Shown here one piece after another: positions 38,588-47,772 of a stretch of 64,000 nucleotides of DNA (its first letter is position 1; the number at the start of each line of letters is the position of its first letter). The notes beneath the pieces are model-generated. The model saw only the letters and a program-made list of their open reading frames with translations, was not told where the DNA came from and did no database searches. Source of the DNA: Corallococcus sp. AB038B (GTDB lineage Bacteria; Myxococcota; Myxococcia; Myxococcales; Myxococcaceae); the NCBI RefSeq assembly GCF_003668955.1, contig NZ_RAWO01000002.1, forward strand, positions 599,605 to 663,604, given 5' to 3'. The position numbers and the translations under genes were made by a program.

Positions 38588-39250
38588 TCAGACGACGCGG
38601 TTGCGCAGCTCCTCGAAGAAACCCACCCACAGCTGCCACATCTCCTCGGCACCGCGGGTGATGGTGGCCAGCTCCTCGTCCGTGTACGCGAGGCCCATGG
38701 TGTGGCCGGCCGTCTCCACGTGGTCCGGCTCCTGCTTCACGTGGATGTCCACCCAGGGCAGGGACTTGAGGCCCGTGGTGCGGCGCACCAGCTTGCCCAG
38801 CTTGGCCACCATGGTGAGATCCGCCACCTCCGTGCCGTAGAGGAAGCCCAGGCCGGTGAGGTGGCTGTCCGTGGAGCGCTGGTAACCGTCGATGAGCCGG
38901 CGCGTCGCGGGCGTCATGTCCGCCTCGGACACGCCCGCCTGGGTGAAGCCCGCGTCCGTCATCGTCTGGATGAAGAAGCGCTCGTGGGCGCGCGCCGGGT
39001 CTCCCTCGCCCACCTCCTGGTTGAGGATGTGCGTCACCGCCGTCTTCATCTCCATCTGCGGGCAGACGGCGATCAGCTTGCCCAGGAAGGTGGGGAAATA
39101 GTGCAGGGGGTGCCACCACTGACCCAGCACCAGCTCCGCCTGATCGCGGCTGAAGGCCTTCTCATCCACCACTTCGAAGAACCGGTGCTTGATCAGCTGT
39201 TCACGGTGGGGATTCTTCGCCAGTGCCGCCTCGATGGTCTGGTTCCGCAT
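38588..39250 (-). CDS. Heme-oxygenase-like fold 'iron-containing redox enzyme' family protein (TenA/PqqC/CADD-like, candidate di-iron oxygenase)
   Basis: 220 aa, all-helical, with carboxylate/His pairs (NQEVGEGD…AHERFF; HVKQEPDHVETAGH). Confidence 0.55.
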   Translation of the reverse strand: MRNQTIEAALAKNPHREQLIKHRFFEVVDEKAFSRDQAELVLGQWWHPLHYFPTFLGKLIAVCPQMEMKTAVTHILNQEVGEGDPARAHERFFIQTMTDAGFTQAGVSEADMTPATRRLIDGYQRSTDSHLTGLGFLYGTEVADLTMVAKLGKLVRRTTGLKSLPWVDIHVKQEPDHVETAGHTMGLAYTDEELATITRGAEEMWQLWVGFFEELRNRVV

Positions 39251-39292
39251 TGCCGCCTCCAGGGTGGTCCAAAAGGGCTGGGTCGGCGTTTA

Positions 39293-39311
39293 TCACAAAG
39301 CAGGACTGTGA
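39293..39311. promoter_or_regulatory. Inverted repeat TCACA-N9-TGTGA, followed by TGGAAA direct repeats, in the divergent intergenic region
   Basis: tcacaaagcaggactgtga lies in the AT-rich 218-bp gap between the divergent di-iron genes. ttggaaatgtggaaag follows. Confidence 0.25.
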
Positions 39312-39468
39312 TTCTTGGAAATGTGGAAAGACAAGTACAACGTGACTACGTGGTTTACCGCCAGTGTGGAACGTACAGGCGGACAAGGGCGGGCTGTTCG
39401 GGGTGGGGAATGCAGCCTACAGTTGGAAAAGCGGCATTTTTTCCCCGGCCCACTTGTCTCGGAAGCCC

Positions 39469-40353
39469 ATGACCCTGTTCCGGCACCCTGAAGATCGCAT
39501 CCCGGTCCTGATGTTCCTTGGCGTGTTCGCGCTCGACGTGACGGTGTTCCTCACGGCCCAGAGCTGGTGGATCCCGGTGCTGTGGTTCGGGCTGGGCATC
39601 ATCCCCAAGGGATGGATCTGCTCGTGGAACCACCACCACCAGCACCTGTCCTTCTTCAAGCACGCGCTGCCCAACCGCCTGTTGGAGATCGTCTTCGGCT
39701 TCCAGACGGGCGTGACGTCGCAGGCGTGGTTCCTCCACCACGTGCTGGGCCACCACAAGAACTACCTGGACCAGACGCAGGACGAGTCGCGCTGGAAGCG
39801 GGATGACGGCTCGACGATGGGCGAGGTGGAGTACTCGCTGAGCACGGCGCTGACCGCGTACTCGCGCGCGTTCCACGTGGGGAAGAAGCATCACCCCAAG
39901 GCGCTGCGCGTGTTCGTGTGGATGGCCGCGCTCCAGGTGGTGCTGCTGGCGGGCCTGTTCTGGGTGAACCCCTACAACGCGCTCTTCGTGTTCCTGTTGC
40001 CCATGATGGCGTCGCTCTACGTGACGACCTGGGCCACGTACTTCCACCACGTGGGCCTGGAGACGGCCAACCACTCGGAGGCCTCGTACAACATCCTCCA
40101 CAAGGGCTACAACCTGATGACGGGCAACCTGGGCTACCACACCGCGCATCACACGCGGCACGGTCTGCACTGGTCCAAGCTGCCGGAGCTGCACGCGCAG
40201 CTGGCGCAGGAGATCCCCGCGAACCTGTACCGCCAGCCGGGCATCCCGTTCGTCTGGAGCGGCTCTGAAGCGAAGCTCGTGCTGAGCGAGCACGAGGTTG
40301 CCGCGCTCTCCGGCCGGCCCGTGGAAGGCAGTGGGGAGAAGCTGGCCGCCTAG
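39469..40353 (+). CDS. Membrane fatty-acid-desaturase/hydroxylase-family di-iron protein
   Basis: His boxes WNHHHQH, HHVLGHH and HTAHH. TM helices. ATG at 39469 after a ggaag RBS; the ORF is open from 39364. Confidence 0.75.
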   Translation: MTLFRHPEDRIPVLMFLGVFALDVTVFLTAQSWWIPVLWFGLGIIPKGWICSWNHHHQHLSFFKHALPNRLLEIVFGFQTGVTSQAWFLHHVLGHHKNYLDQTQDESRWKRDDGSTMGEVEYSLSTALTAYSRAFHVGKKHHPKALRVFVWMAALQVVLLAGLFWVNPYNALFVFLLPMMASLYVTTWATYFHHVGLETANHSEASYNILHKGYNLMTGNLGYHTAHHTRHGLHWSKLPELHAQLAQEIPANLYRQPGIPFVWSGSEAKLVLSEHEVAALSGRPVEGSGEKLAA

Positions 40354-40381
40354 CGGTCCCGCTGTCCCCGTTGGAAGCTCC

Positions 40382-40406
40382 CCGCCGGAAGTGCTCCTTC
40401 CGGCGG
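40382..40406. terminator. Bidirectional hairpin between the convergent desaturase-like and M28 peptidase genes
   Basis: ccgccggaag tgctc cttccggcgg: a perfect 10-bp stem with a 5-nt loop. Confidence 0.45.
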
Positions 40407-40422
40407 AGGGTGCCGCGGTCCG

Positions 40423-41856
40423 CTACTTCGGCTGCTGCTGCGGCTCCGTCGTGCGGTTCGCCGCGATGTTGATGACGTTGAGGAGCAGGTCCTTCACGCG
40501 GCGGGGCTTGTTGCCGCCGTTGTCCTCGATGATCTTGTCGATGTCGTCATCCTGCCGGTGGTACTCGGGGATGAGGTCGCCGCCGCCATTGGGGTTGGAC
40601 AGGCCCTCGAAGAGGAAGAGCACGTCCTCGCCCTTGCGCCCGAAGGACGCGCCGTCCTGCCGGTCGCGGTAGACGTTGATGTCGCGGTTGATGCGGTCGA
40701 ACGGATCCGCCAGCTGCTGGTTCGCCTGGTCCACCACGTCACGGAAGTAGTTGGGCTGGCCCTTGGTGTTGGTGTCCACCACGGACAGGCGCTGATCATC
40801 CCAGCGGCCCACCATGTCCGTGTTGATGACGCCGGCGATGTTCTTCAGCTCCAGGCCGGGGATGGGGTGGTCCACGAAGTACTGCGAGCCCACCAGGCCC
40901 TTCTCCTCCGCGCCCGTCCAGATGAAGAGCACGGAGCGGTCCAGCTTGCCGTTCTTCGCGGCCTCCGCCAGCTCCGGCACCGCCGCCATCAGCACCGCGC
41001 TGCCGGACGCGTTGTCGTCCGCGCCGTTGTAAGCGTTGCCCTTGCGGTCCACGCCCACGTGGTCCAGGTGGGCCATCACCACGATGACCTCGTCCTTGTG
41101 GGGGCCGGTGCCGGGCAGCATGGCCATGGTGTTGACGGCCTGTCCCGTGGCGGCGGCCACCTGCTTGAGCTCCTCCACGCTGCGCTGCTTGCCCGCGCGC
41201 GCCGGCACCACCGACTGGCCCGCCGCCTTCATCGTCTGCTCGTACTGCTGGTTGAGCTTCTTCAGCGTGTCCTTGGGCATCTTCTCGTCCAGGTAGAAGC
41301 CCTCCTGGAACATCGTGTGGCCGAACTGCTTGTGCTCGGCATGCCCTGCGTGCGCCGCGCCCGCCGTCTCGCCCGCCTTGTCCGCGCCCAGCCACGAGTA
41401 GACGTTGAACTTCTGCTGGAAGGGGTTCTCCGGGTTGTTGATGTTGGGCCCCACGAGCCCGTACTTCTCCGCGTGGGCCTGCACGTAGACGGAAGCGGCA
41501 TCCAGGCCCGCGGAGGGGCTGTCACGTCCCTGCAGCGCGTCCGAGGCCAGGTACTCGATGTGCGTCATCGGATCCGAGTCGACCGAAACGGGCGGCTCGG
41601 TGGGCGCCTCCGGAGGCACGGGCGTCGTCGGCGCGGGCGTCGGGGTGGTGGGCGCGGGCAGTCCCAGAATCGGAGGCGGCGCGGGCAGCCGCGGCAGCTG
41701 GCCGGGCGCGGGGCGCGTGCTGCCGGAGGACTCGAAGCCGTCCTTGAACGCGAGGGGGCGGTTCCGGGACTTCGCCTCATTCGTCCGGGCGTCCTGCGAG
41801 GACAGCCGCGAGACGGAGGTGAGGGGACGCGAGCTGTCGTTGATCTTCGAGGCCAT
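40423..41856 (-). CDS. M28-family (amino)peptidase
   Basis: Zinc-ligand context HLDHVG…GADDNASG…EEKGLVGS. Confidence 0.8.
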   Translation of the reverse strand: MASKINDSSRPLTSVSRLSSQDARTNEAKSRNRPLAFKDGFESSGSTRPAPGQLPRLPAPPPILGLPAPTTPTPAPTTPVPPEAPTEPPVSVDSDPMTHIEYLASDALQGRDSPSAGLDAASVYVQAHAEKYGLVGPNINNPENPFQQKFNVYSWLGADKAGETAGAAHAGHAEHKQFGHTMFQEGFYLDEKMPKDTLKKLNQQYEQTMKAAGQSVVPARAGKQRSVEELKQVAAATGQAVNTMAMLPGTGPHKDEVIVVMAHLDHVGVDRKGNAYNGADDNASGSAVLMAAVPELAEAAKNGKLDRSVLFIWTGAEEKGLVGSQYFVDHPIPGLELKNIAGVINTDMVGRWDDQRLSVVDTNTKGQPNYFRDVVDQANQQLADPFDRINRDINVYRDRQDGASFGRKGEDVLFLFEGLSNPNGGGDLIPEYHRQDDDIDKIIEDNGGNKPRRVKDLLLNVINIAANRTTEPQQQPK

Positions 41857-42174
41857 GTTGGGGAGTCCGGGGGAGGAACCGCGCTCCCCAGATTATCCGC
41901 CGAACCCCCTGGGGAGTTGTGCGCCACGGCAAAGTTCCGCCCGCGTCCGGTTCATCCCCTGAATCCCCGTTTCAGGACGTCGCCCGCGAGTGGGTGCTCC
42001 TGACGCTCCGTGTGAGACCCGGCTTGCTACAAAACCGCATGTTTCATGTGACATTTGGCGCTACTCCGTTTTCTCAATCAATGAATGACACGAGTGAAAC
42101 AGACGGACTCCAGGTGTTGGCGTGCCGGGTGCAGTGGGGCAGCGGGCAGTACACCCCACACCATGAGGTAACGG

Positions 42175-42990
42175 ATGCATCTGAAGATCACGGGTTCCCT
42201 GCTGGCTTCCATGCTGCTGAGCATCACGGGTTGCGCGGGCGGTGCCGATGAAGGCCAGGCCTCCGGTTCCCTGAACGCGCAGGAAGCCGCGGCGTCCCAG
42301 TGCGTGAAGAAGTTCGAAGGCATCACCAGCTGCGCGCTGGGCCGCGCGAAGGTGGATGCCGTCGCTGACGGGCTGGCGGTGTCCAACCTCACGACCCAGA
42401 AGGACGGCGTCTCCAGCAGCTTCACGCAGGCCGTGAAGTGGGAGCAGCGCGTGGCGACGCGTCTGGGGGCGCAGGGTGGCTACCAGCTGTCCGCGCGCGA
42501 TGGCGACCAGGTCGTCAGCACGCTGAAGGTGACGCCGGGCCGCGAGGCGAACACGGTCAACATCCTGCCCACGTTCACGGGCTCGCCGGGCGGCTCCGCG
42601 TACCGGATGAACATCTACCGGGGCGGCGTGCTCCAGGGCTCCAGCCCCCAGCCGGCCGGGCTGATGATCACCTTCACCAACTGGCGGGACTTCCTCCGCT
42701 GGGCGGAGATGAACCACCACTTCCTGAACGACTTCGACATCGACGGGCTGTCCACCGGCTCCGCGGAGACGAACGTGGGCGCGTGCGTGTGGCGCCTGGA
42801 CTCGGAGAAGAACACCTTCACCGTGGACATCAACGGCAAGTCCGTCACCGGTGACTCGGTGGAGTTCATCGAGACCGTCGCGGATGGCGCGTACCCGTAC
42901 CGTCACTTCACGGGCATCGACACGAACGCCATCGCTGGCGAGTACACCATCCGCTCCGAGTCCATCACCCAGCCCACGGGCCTGAAGTAG
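42175..42990 (+). CDS. Hypothetical lipoprotein
   Basis: Lipobox LLSITGC. 271 aa, no recognisable domain. Confidence 0.6.
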   Translation: MHLKITGSLLASMLLSITGCAGGADEGQASGSLNAQEAAASQCVKKFEGITSCALGRAKVDAVADGLAVSNLTTQKDGVSSSFTQAVKWEQRVATRLGAQGGYQLSARDGDQVVSTLKVTPGREANTVNILPTFTGSPGGSAYRMNIYRGGVLQGSSPQPAGLMITFTNWRDFLRWAEMNHHFLNDFDIDGLSTGSAETNVGACVWRLDSEKNTFTVDINGKSVTGDSVEFIETVADGAYPYRHFTGIDTNAIAGEYTIRSESITQPTGLK

Positions 42991-43045
42991 CGCGAACCCG
43001 CGGTCCAAGCGCCGGACGGGAACACGGCCCCGTCCGGCGTAGCGC

Positions 43046-45496
43046 CTAGCGTCTTCCGGAGACGGAGGACGTGGGCGTCGCCATGTTCCGGCCGCTGCCG
43101 CCCACGCCCGACGCAGGGCTCATCGTGGGCGTGCGCGCGGCCTCCAGCGGGGCCTTGCGGGCCGGCGCGAAGGAGGCGGGGACTTCGTTGGCGTAGAGCA
43201 GCTTGTAGGCGCTGTAGCTGCTGAGCACGCGCTTCACGTAGTCGCGGGTCTCGTCGAAGGCGATGTGCTCCACCCACTCGTCCAGCTCCGCCTGGGGCAG
43301 GGCCTTGCGCCAGCGCTCCACCGCATTGGGGCCCGCGTTGTAGGCGGCCACCGCGTAGGCGGGGTTGCCGTCGAAGTGCTTGAGCAGCGAGCCCAGGTAC
43401 GCCGCCCCCAGCCGGATGTTCGGCGCGGGCTGGAGCAGCGACGACATCTCGAACGATGCCAGCTTGAGCGAGTCCGCCACCGCCTGCGCCGTCGTGGGCA
43501 TGAGCTGCGCGAGCCCCAGCGCGCCGGTGGACGAGCGCGCGCGCGGGTTGAACCGGCTCTCCTCTCGGATGAGGCCCTGCAGGAGGTCGGGGTCCACGCG
43601 AGCGGCCTTCGAATAGCTCTGGATGAGCGACCGGAACGCGAGCGGCCACGTGGCCTCCCACACCGGACGGGACGCGGCGCTGAGCGGCCCGGCGGCCTCC
43701 TGGCGCAGCGTCACGCGGGCCACCTGCCGCGTGGCCCGGCCCCGGCCGGTGCGGCGCATGGTCTGGTAGAGCAGCCGCGCGGGCGCTTCCGCCAGGCCGC
43801 GCGTGTCCACCGCGAGCAGCTCCTCCACCACGCCCGGCTGTCCCAGGCGCAGAAGCTCCACGCCCGCCGCGAAGCGCGCATCCTTCTGGAGTGGGCCCGG
43901 GGGCAGGGGCCAGACCTCGTCGTTGGCCGGCGCGGCGGTGTTCAAGGTCTTCGCCACGGCCGGCTGCGCGGCGGTTTCCGTCAACCGCGCCAGCCGCTCC
44001 GGCGCGTGCTGCGCCAGCCGCGTGCGGGACAGCAGGCCGTACCAGGCCGTGGGCCGCTCGGTGGCGATGAGCTCGTAGCGCGCGAGCGCCGGGTCCAGCG
44101 CGCCAGCGTTCTCCTGGACTCGAGCCTGCCAGTAGCGTGCGCGCCAGAGGGCGTCGTCGGTGCGCGCGGCTTCCGGCAGCTGCTCCACTGACATCAGCGA
44201 CGCCAGGCCCTGCTGCGTCTCGCCCTTGCGCTGGTGCAGCCAGAAGGCGCGGAAGAGGGCCTCGGCGGCGAAGTTGCCGGCGGGGTAGCGCTTCGCGAGC
44301 GCCTCGTAGTTCTCCAGCGCTTCGTCCGCGCGGCCCAGGCGCTGCTGCGTCCAGGCCTCGAAGAACAGCGCGTCGTCCGCGTAGCCGTGCTCCGGGTAGT
44401 CGCGCGCCAGCGTGGCGTACGTGTCCACCGCCGCTTCCGGCTGCACCACGGACTGCGAATAGGCGAGCAGGTAGAGCGCCTGCGGCCGCTGCTCCGGCGA
44501 CTGGCACTCGCGCGCCACCGGCTCCAGCACCTGGATGGCGCGGCGGTGCTGACGCTCCTTTCGCAGCGCGCGGCCCAGGGTGAGCTGGGCGCGGCAGGCC
44601 AGCTCGTCAGGAAGCTCCGTGCGAGGCCCCGAGCGGGCCAGCATGTTCATGGCCGGGACGTTCTGGTGCAGCTCCACCAGCGCCTCCGCGCGGCGCACGC
44701 GCCACTTCATGGGCAGGGGCAGGTCGCGCAGCAGCGCCTTCGCGCGGTCCGCCTCCGGCGACAGGGGCGCGGTGGCCCAGACCTCCAGCAGCGCGCGGTG
44801 CTCGGCGTTGTACTGCCCCGCCGCGCGTGCCGAGTCGCAGTACGCGAGCAGCGCCTTCATCCGCAGCGCGTCCGGCCCGCGAGCCTGCCGGCTGTCGATG
44901 AACTCCTGGAGCGCGGCCAGCGCCTCGGGGATCTTCAGCTGGCGCTTGAGCACGCGCGCCATGGTGAAGCGGGCCTCCGGGTAGAGCGGGGAGCCCGGGC
45001 TCACCAGGCCATACTGCTCCGCCGCGCGCAGCGGCTTGCGCAGCCGTTCATGCGACTGCGCGGCCTTCATCAGGCAGTGGTCGCGCAGTGGAACGTAGTC
45101 CTCCGCGAGCGCGGTGAACTCCGCGGCGGCGGTCGTGAAGTCGCGCGCGAGGAACGCGCTCTGCGCCTGGAGGAAGCGGCCGGGGAGGGAAGGGGGAGAC
45201 TCCGTCGCGAGCAGCGCCCGCGCGGACTTGTACCGGCCGCGGTCGAACTCCGCCTTCGCCTTCGCCAGCAGGCCTTCCGCGAAGTAGGTCGAAAGCCGCT
45301 CCGGCCCGAAGGCCTCCGCCGTCACCTCGTCCTGCGAGGGCTGCGCCGTCGGCGTGTCGAGCAGGGCCTCCAGCTTCTCCTCCGACATCACGTCGCCGGA
45401 GTCGTCCTCGTCGGGCGCCTGTGCCCACGCGGTGCCCGGGGCCCACAGGCCCGCGCACGCAAGCAAGACCGCTGCTGTTCCTCGAAGTCCGTCCAT
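43046..45496 (-). CDS. Soluble lytic murein transglycosylase (Slt70-like)
   Basis: C-terminal SLT domain ESRFNPRARSSTGALGLAQLMP…AYNAGPNAVERW. Long superhelical N-region. Signal peptide MDGLRGTAAVLLACAGLWAPGTAWA (ATG at complement 45494-45496). Confidence 0.85.
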   Translation of the reverse strand: MDGLRGTAAVLLACAGLWAPGTAWAQAPDEDDSGDVMSEEKLEALLDTPTAQPSQDEVTAEAFGPERLSTYFAEGLLAKAKAEFDRGRYKSARALLATESPPSLPGRFLQAQSAFLARDFTTAAAEFTALAEDYVPLRDHCLMKAAQSHERLRKPLRAAEQYGLVSPGSPLYPEARFTMARVLKRQLKIPEALAALQEFIDSRQARGPDALRMKALLAYCDSARAAGQYNAEHRALLEVWATAPLSPEADRAKALLRDLPLPMKWRVRRAEALVELHQNVPAMNMLARSGPRTELPDELACRAQLTLGRALRKERQHRRAIQVLEPVARECQSPEQRPQALYLLAYSQSVVQPEAAVDTYATLARDYPEHGYADDALFFEAWTQQRLGRADEALENYEALAKRYPAGNFAAEALFRAFWLHQRKGETQQGLASLMSVEQLPEAARTDDALWRARYWQARVQENAGALDPALARYELIATERPTAWYGLLSRTRLAQHAPERLARLTETAAQPAVAKTLNTAAPANDEVWPLPPGPLQKDARFAAGVELLRLGQPGVVEELLAVDTRGLAEAPARLLYQTMRRTGRGRATRQVARVTLRQEAAGPLSAASRPVWEATWPLAFRSLIQSYSKAARVDPDLLQGLIREESRFNPRARSSTGALGLAQLMPTTAQAVADSLKLASFEMSSLLQPAPNIRLGAAYLGSLLKHFDGNPAYAVAAYNAGPNAVERWRKALPQAELDEWVEHIAFDETRDYVKRVLSSYSAYKLLYANEVPASFAPARKAPLEAARTPTMSPASGVGGSGRNMATPTSSVSGRR

Positions 45497-45704
45497 GCCA
45501 GCCCTCGTTCGTCCGCCAGGGACCCCGATGGATTGGCACTGCCCGTCAGCTTGGAACCTGCCCGCCTGTCCGCTTGGCAAGCGCGCGTTGGCTTTCGTGC
45601 ATCCGCCCCCAGGCACACATACGGAGCCCTGCACGAAAGCCAACGGCCCGCGGACCCTGCGTCTGGCGCCTGGGGTGCTACATACCCAGGGCGCGTGACT
45701 GCTG

Positions 45705-46394
45705 TCAGGGCGCGGCGTTCAGCACCGAGAGGTCGCTCGGCATGCGGGGCGCCACCTCGTAGGTCGTCTCATACTGCGCGGCCAGCCCCACCACGGCGAT
45801 GCGCTGTCCCACGGTGAGGGCCTGGAGCGAGGCCTTGTCGAAGCCGGCGGAGACGTGGACGAACATCTGCACCTCGCCGGTGCCGTCGTCGATGTAGAGC
45901 TTGTAGCCGTACGGCGAGTCGTCCTGGAACGCCTGGGTGATGGCGCCGCTCACGCGGATGAGCTGGCCCTCCACGGACTCGTTCACGCCGCCGGTCGTCA
46001 CTTCCTTGGGCGACACCTGCTCCGTGCCCGATTTCAGGTCCACGTCCTCGGGCACGCTCTTGAGGATGCGCAGCATGTTCTGCTCGTCCAGCGTGCCGGA
46101 GACGCGCACGCGGGCCCCCAGCCCGAAGGACAACTTCTCCTCCAGCTTGACGTAGATGCCGCCGGTGTCGTCCTGGATGGCGAAGCCCTCATCGCCCAGG
46201 GCGGAGGAGAACGTGCCGGGCGCCACGGTCACCGCGCCCTCCACCACCACCTCCGAACCGTTGGAGCGCGAGCGCGCATCCTCGATGGAGAGCACCGGGT
46301 GGCAGCCGGCGAGCGCGAGCACGAACGCGCCTAGCAGCGTCACGGCGCTCCGGCGCGAAAGGGAAGGGGAGGAAGAGAAGGGGGTGGAGTTCAT
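45705..46394 (-). CDS. Lipoprotein with tandem OB-fold-like repeats
   Basis: Lipobox LALAGC. Two similar ~90-aa β-rich repeats (…GARVRVSGTL… / …GQRIAVVGLA…). Confidence 0.55.
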   Translation of the reverse strand: MNSTPFSSSPSLSRRSAVTLLGAFVLALAGCHPVLSIEDARSRSNGSEVVVEGAVTVAPGTFSSALGDEGFAIQDDTGGIYVKLEEKLSFGLGARVRVSGTLDEQNMLRILKSVPEDVDLKSGTEQVSPKEVTTGGVNESVEGQLIRVSGAITQAFQDDSPYGYKLYIDDGTGEVQMFVHVSAGFDKASLQALTVGQRIAVVGLAAQYETTYEVAPRMPSDLSVLNAAP

Positions 46395-46611
46395 GGCCGC
46401 CTTCTATCACCCAGCGACCACGAATGGCCTGTATTTCTGATTGTTCTGGAATTTACCCGAGAAGGGACTTGCGTCTGCCTTTGTGTCACGCAGCCCCCGC
46501 CGGAGTGTAGACAGGTGATACATGAGGAAAACCGATGTGAAGCATTGGCTCCTCTTGCGGTCGGCCGGCCTGTAGCTTTACCGTGCGCGTGCTTCCTCCC
46601 CCCGGACATCC

Positions 46612-47538
46612 ATGGCCACTCCGAGTCTCCCGTCGTCGAGTGTCGCGCTTGAATCAAGACCCCCTCTGGCCCGCGTCTGGTGGCTCGCGCTGCGGCCCAA
46701 GACGCTGACCGCCTCCGTCGCCCCCACGCTGCTGGGCTGGGCGTTCGCGAACGCGGAGGGCCACTGGCGGCTCGCGCCGGCGCTGACGTTCCTGGTGGGC
46801 TTCGTGCTCATGCAGATCGTCAGCAACCTGGTGAACGACTACGCGGACTTCGAACGGGGCGCGGACACCGAGGCGCGCCTGGGGCCCGCGCGCGTCACGC
46901 AGAAGGGCTGGCTCACGGCGCGCGAGGTGGCGACGGCCGCGGCGCTGGCGTTCACCGGATCCTCGCTCGCGCTGCTGCTGCTGACCCAGGCGGAGGGCTG
47001 GCCGGTGTTCGCGGGCGGCGCCTTCTGCCTGGCGGGCGCGGTCTTCTACTCCGCGGGCCCCGTGCCCCTGGGGTACCTGGGCCTGGGGGACGTGCTGGTG
47101 CTGATCATCTTCGGGCTGCTGGGGGTGAGCGGCAGCTATGTCGTGCTCACGCACCACGTCACGCCGGCCGTGCTGGTGGCGGGGCTGTCCATGGGGCTCT
47201 TCTCCGCGGGCATCCTCGCGGTGAACAACCTGCGCGACCGCAAGACGGACGTGACCGCCGGCAAGCGCACGCTGGTGGTGCGCTTCGGCCAGCGCTTCGG
47301 GCAGTGGGAATACACGCTGGCGGTAGGGGGCGCGTTCGTGCTCCCAGTGATTGCCTGGGCGGTGCTGCCGGAGCACCGCTGGGCCTGGCTCCTCACCCTG
47401 GTCGCCGTGCCACTCGCGGTGCGGCAGATCCGCGCCATCTGGCGCGAGGACGGCAGCGCGCTCAACCCACACCTGGGGAAGACTGCCGCGCTCGGGCTGG
47501 TGTTCGCGCTGCTCCTGTCCGCGGGCCTGAGCCTCTGA
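46612..47538 (+). CDS. menA: 1,4-dihydroxy-2-naphthoate octaprenyltransferase (UbiA superfamily)
   Basis: NDYADFERGADT and a second Asp-rich motif NNLRDRKTD. Eight or nine TM helices. Confidence 0.8.
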   Translation: MATPSLPSSSVALESRPPLARVWWLALRPKTLTASVAPTLLGWAFANAEGHWRLAPALTFLVGFVLMQIVSNLVNDYADFERGADTEARLGPARVTQKGWLTAREVATAAALAFTGSSLALLLLTQAEGWPVFAGGAFCLAGAVFYSAGPVPLGYLGLGDVLVLIIFGLLGVSGSYVVLTHHVTPAVLVAGLSMGLFSAGILAVNNLRDRKTDVTAGKRTLVVRFGQRFGQWEYTLAVGGAFVLPVIAWAVLPEHRWAWLLTLVAVPLAVRQIRAIWREDGSALNPHLGKTAALGLVFALLLSAGLSL

Positions 47539-47598
47539 TCCGGCGCGCGGGCGCGTGCTTCCCTCTGTGCGATCTGAAGTCCACGAATTGCGCGGACT

Positions 47599-47610
47599 CT
47601 CATAATGTGG
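47599..47610 (+). promoter_or_regulatory. AT-rich 12-mer ctcataatgtgg (extended −10-like); a second copy sits at 54912-54923
   Basis: Exact 12-nt identity in two plus-strand promoter-proximal positions of a ~70% GC window. Confidence 0.3.
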
Positions 47611-47772
47611 TCAGTTTGAACCGATGAGGTGTTCTCCTCCCAACCCTTACCGAGCCTCACCGTCTCCGCGTTGCGGAGCGCTGGCGGCGTCGGGAAGGGT
47701 GGGTCGCGTGGGCCCGCGCGTGAGGACACCTGCTCCTTTTCCTCCCCCTGACTCCCCCCGGCCTCGTCTTCC

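Noticed and set aside
41919-42251. 110-aa ORF in the AT-rich intergenic island
   Set aside because: It overlaps the lipoprotein start, has atypical codon usage and no features. It is more likely regulatory DNA.
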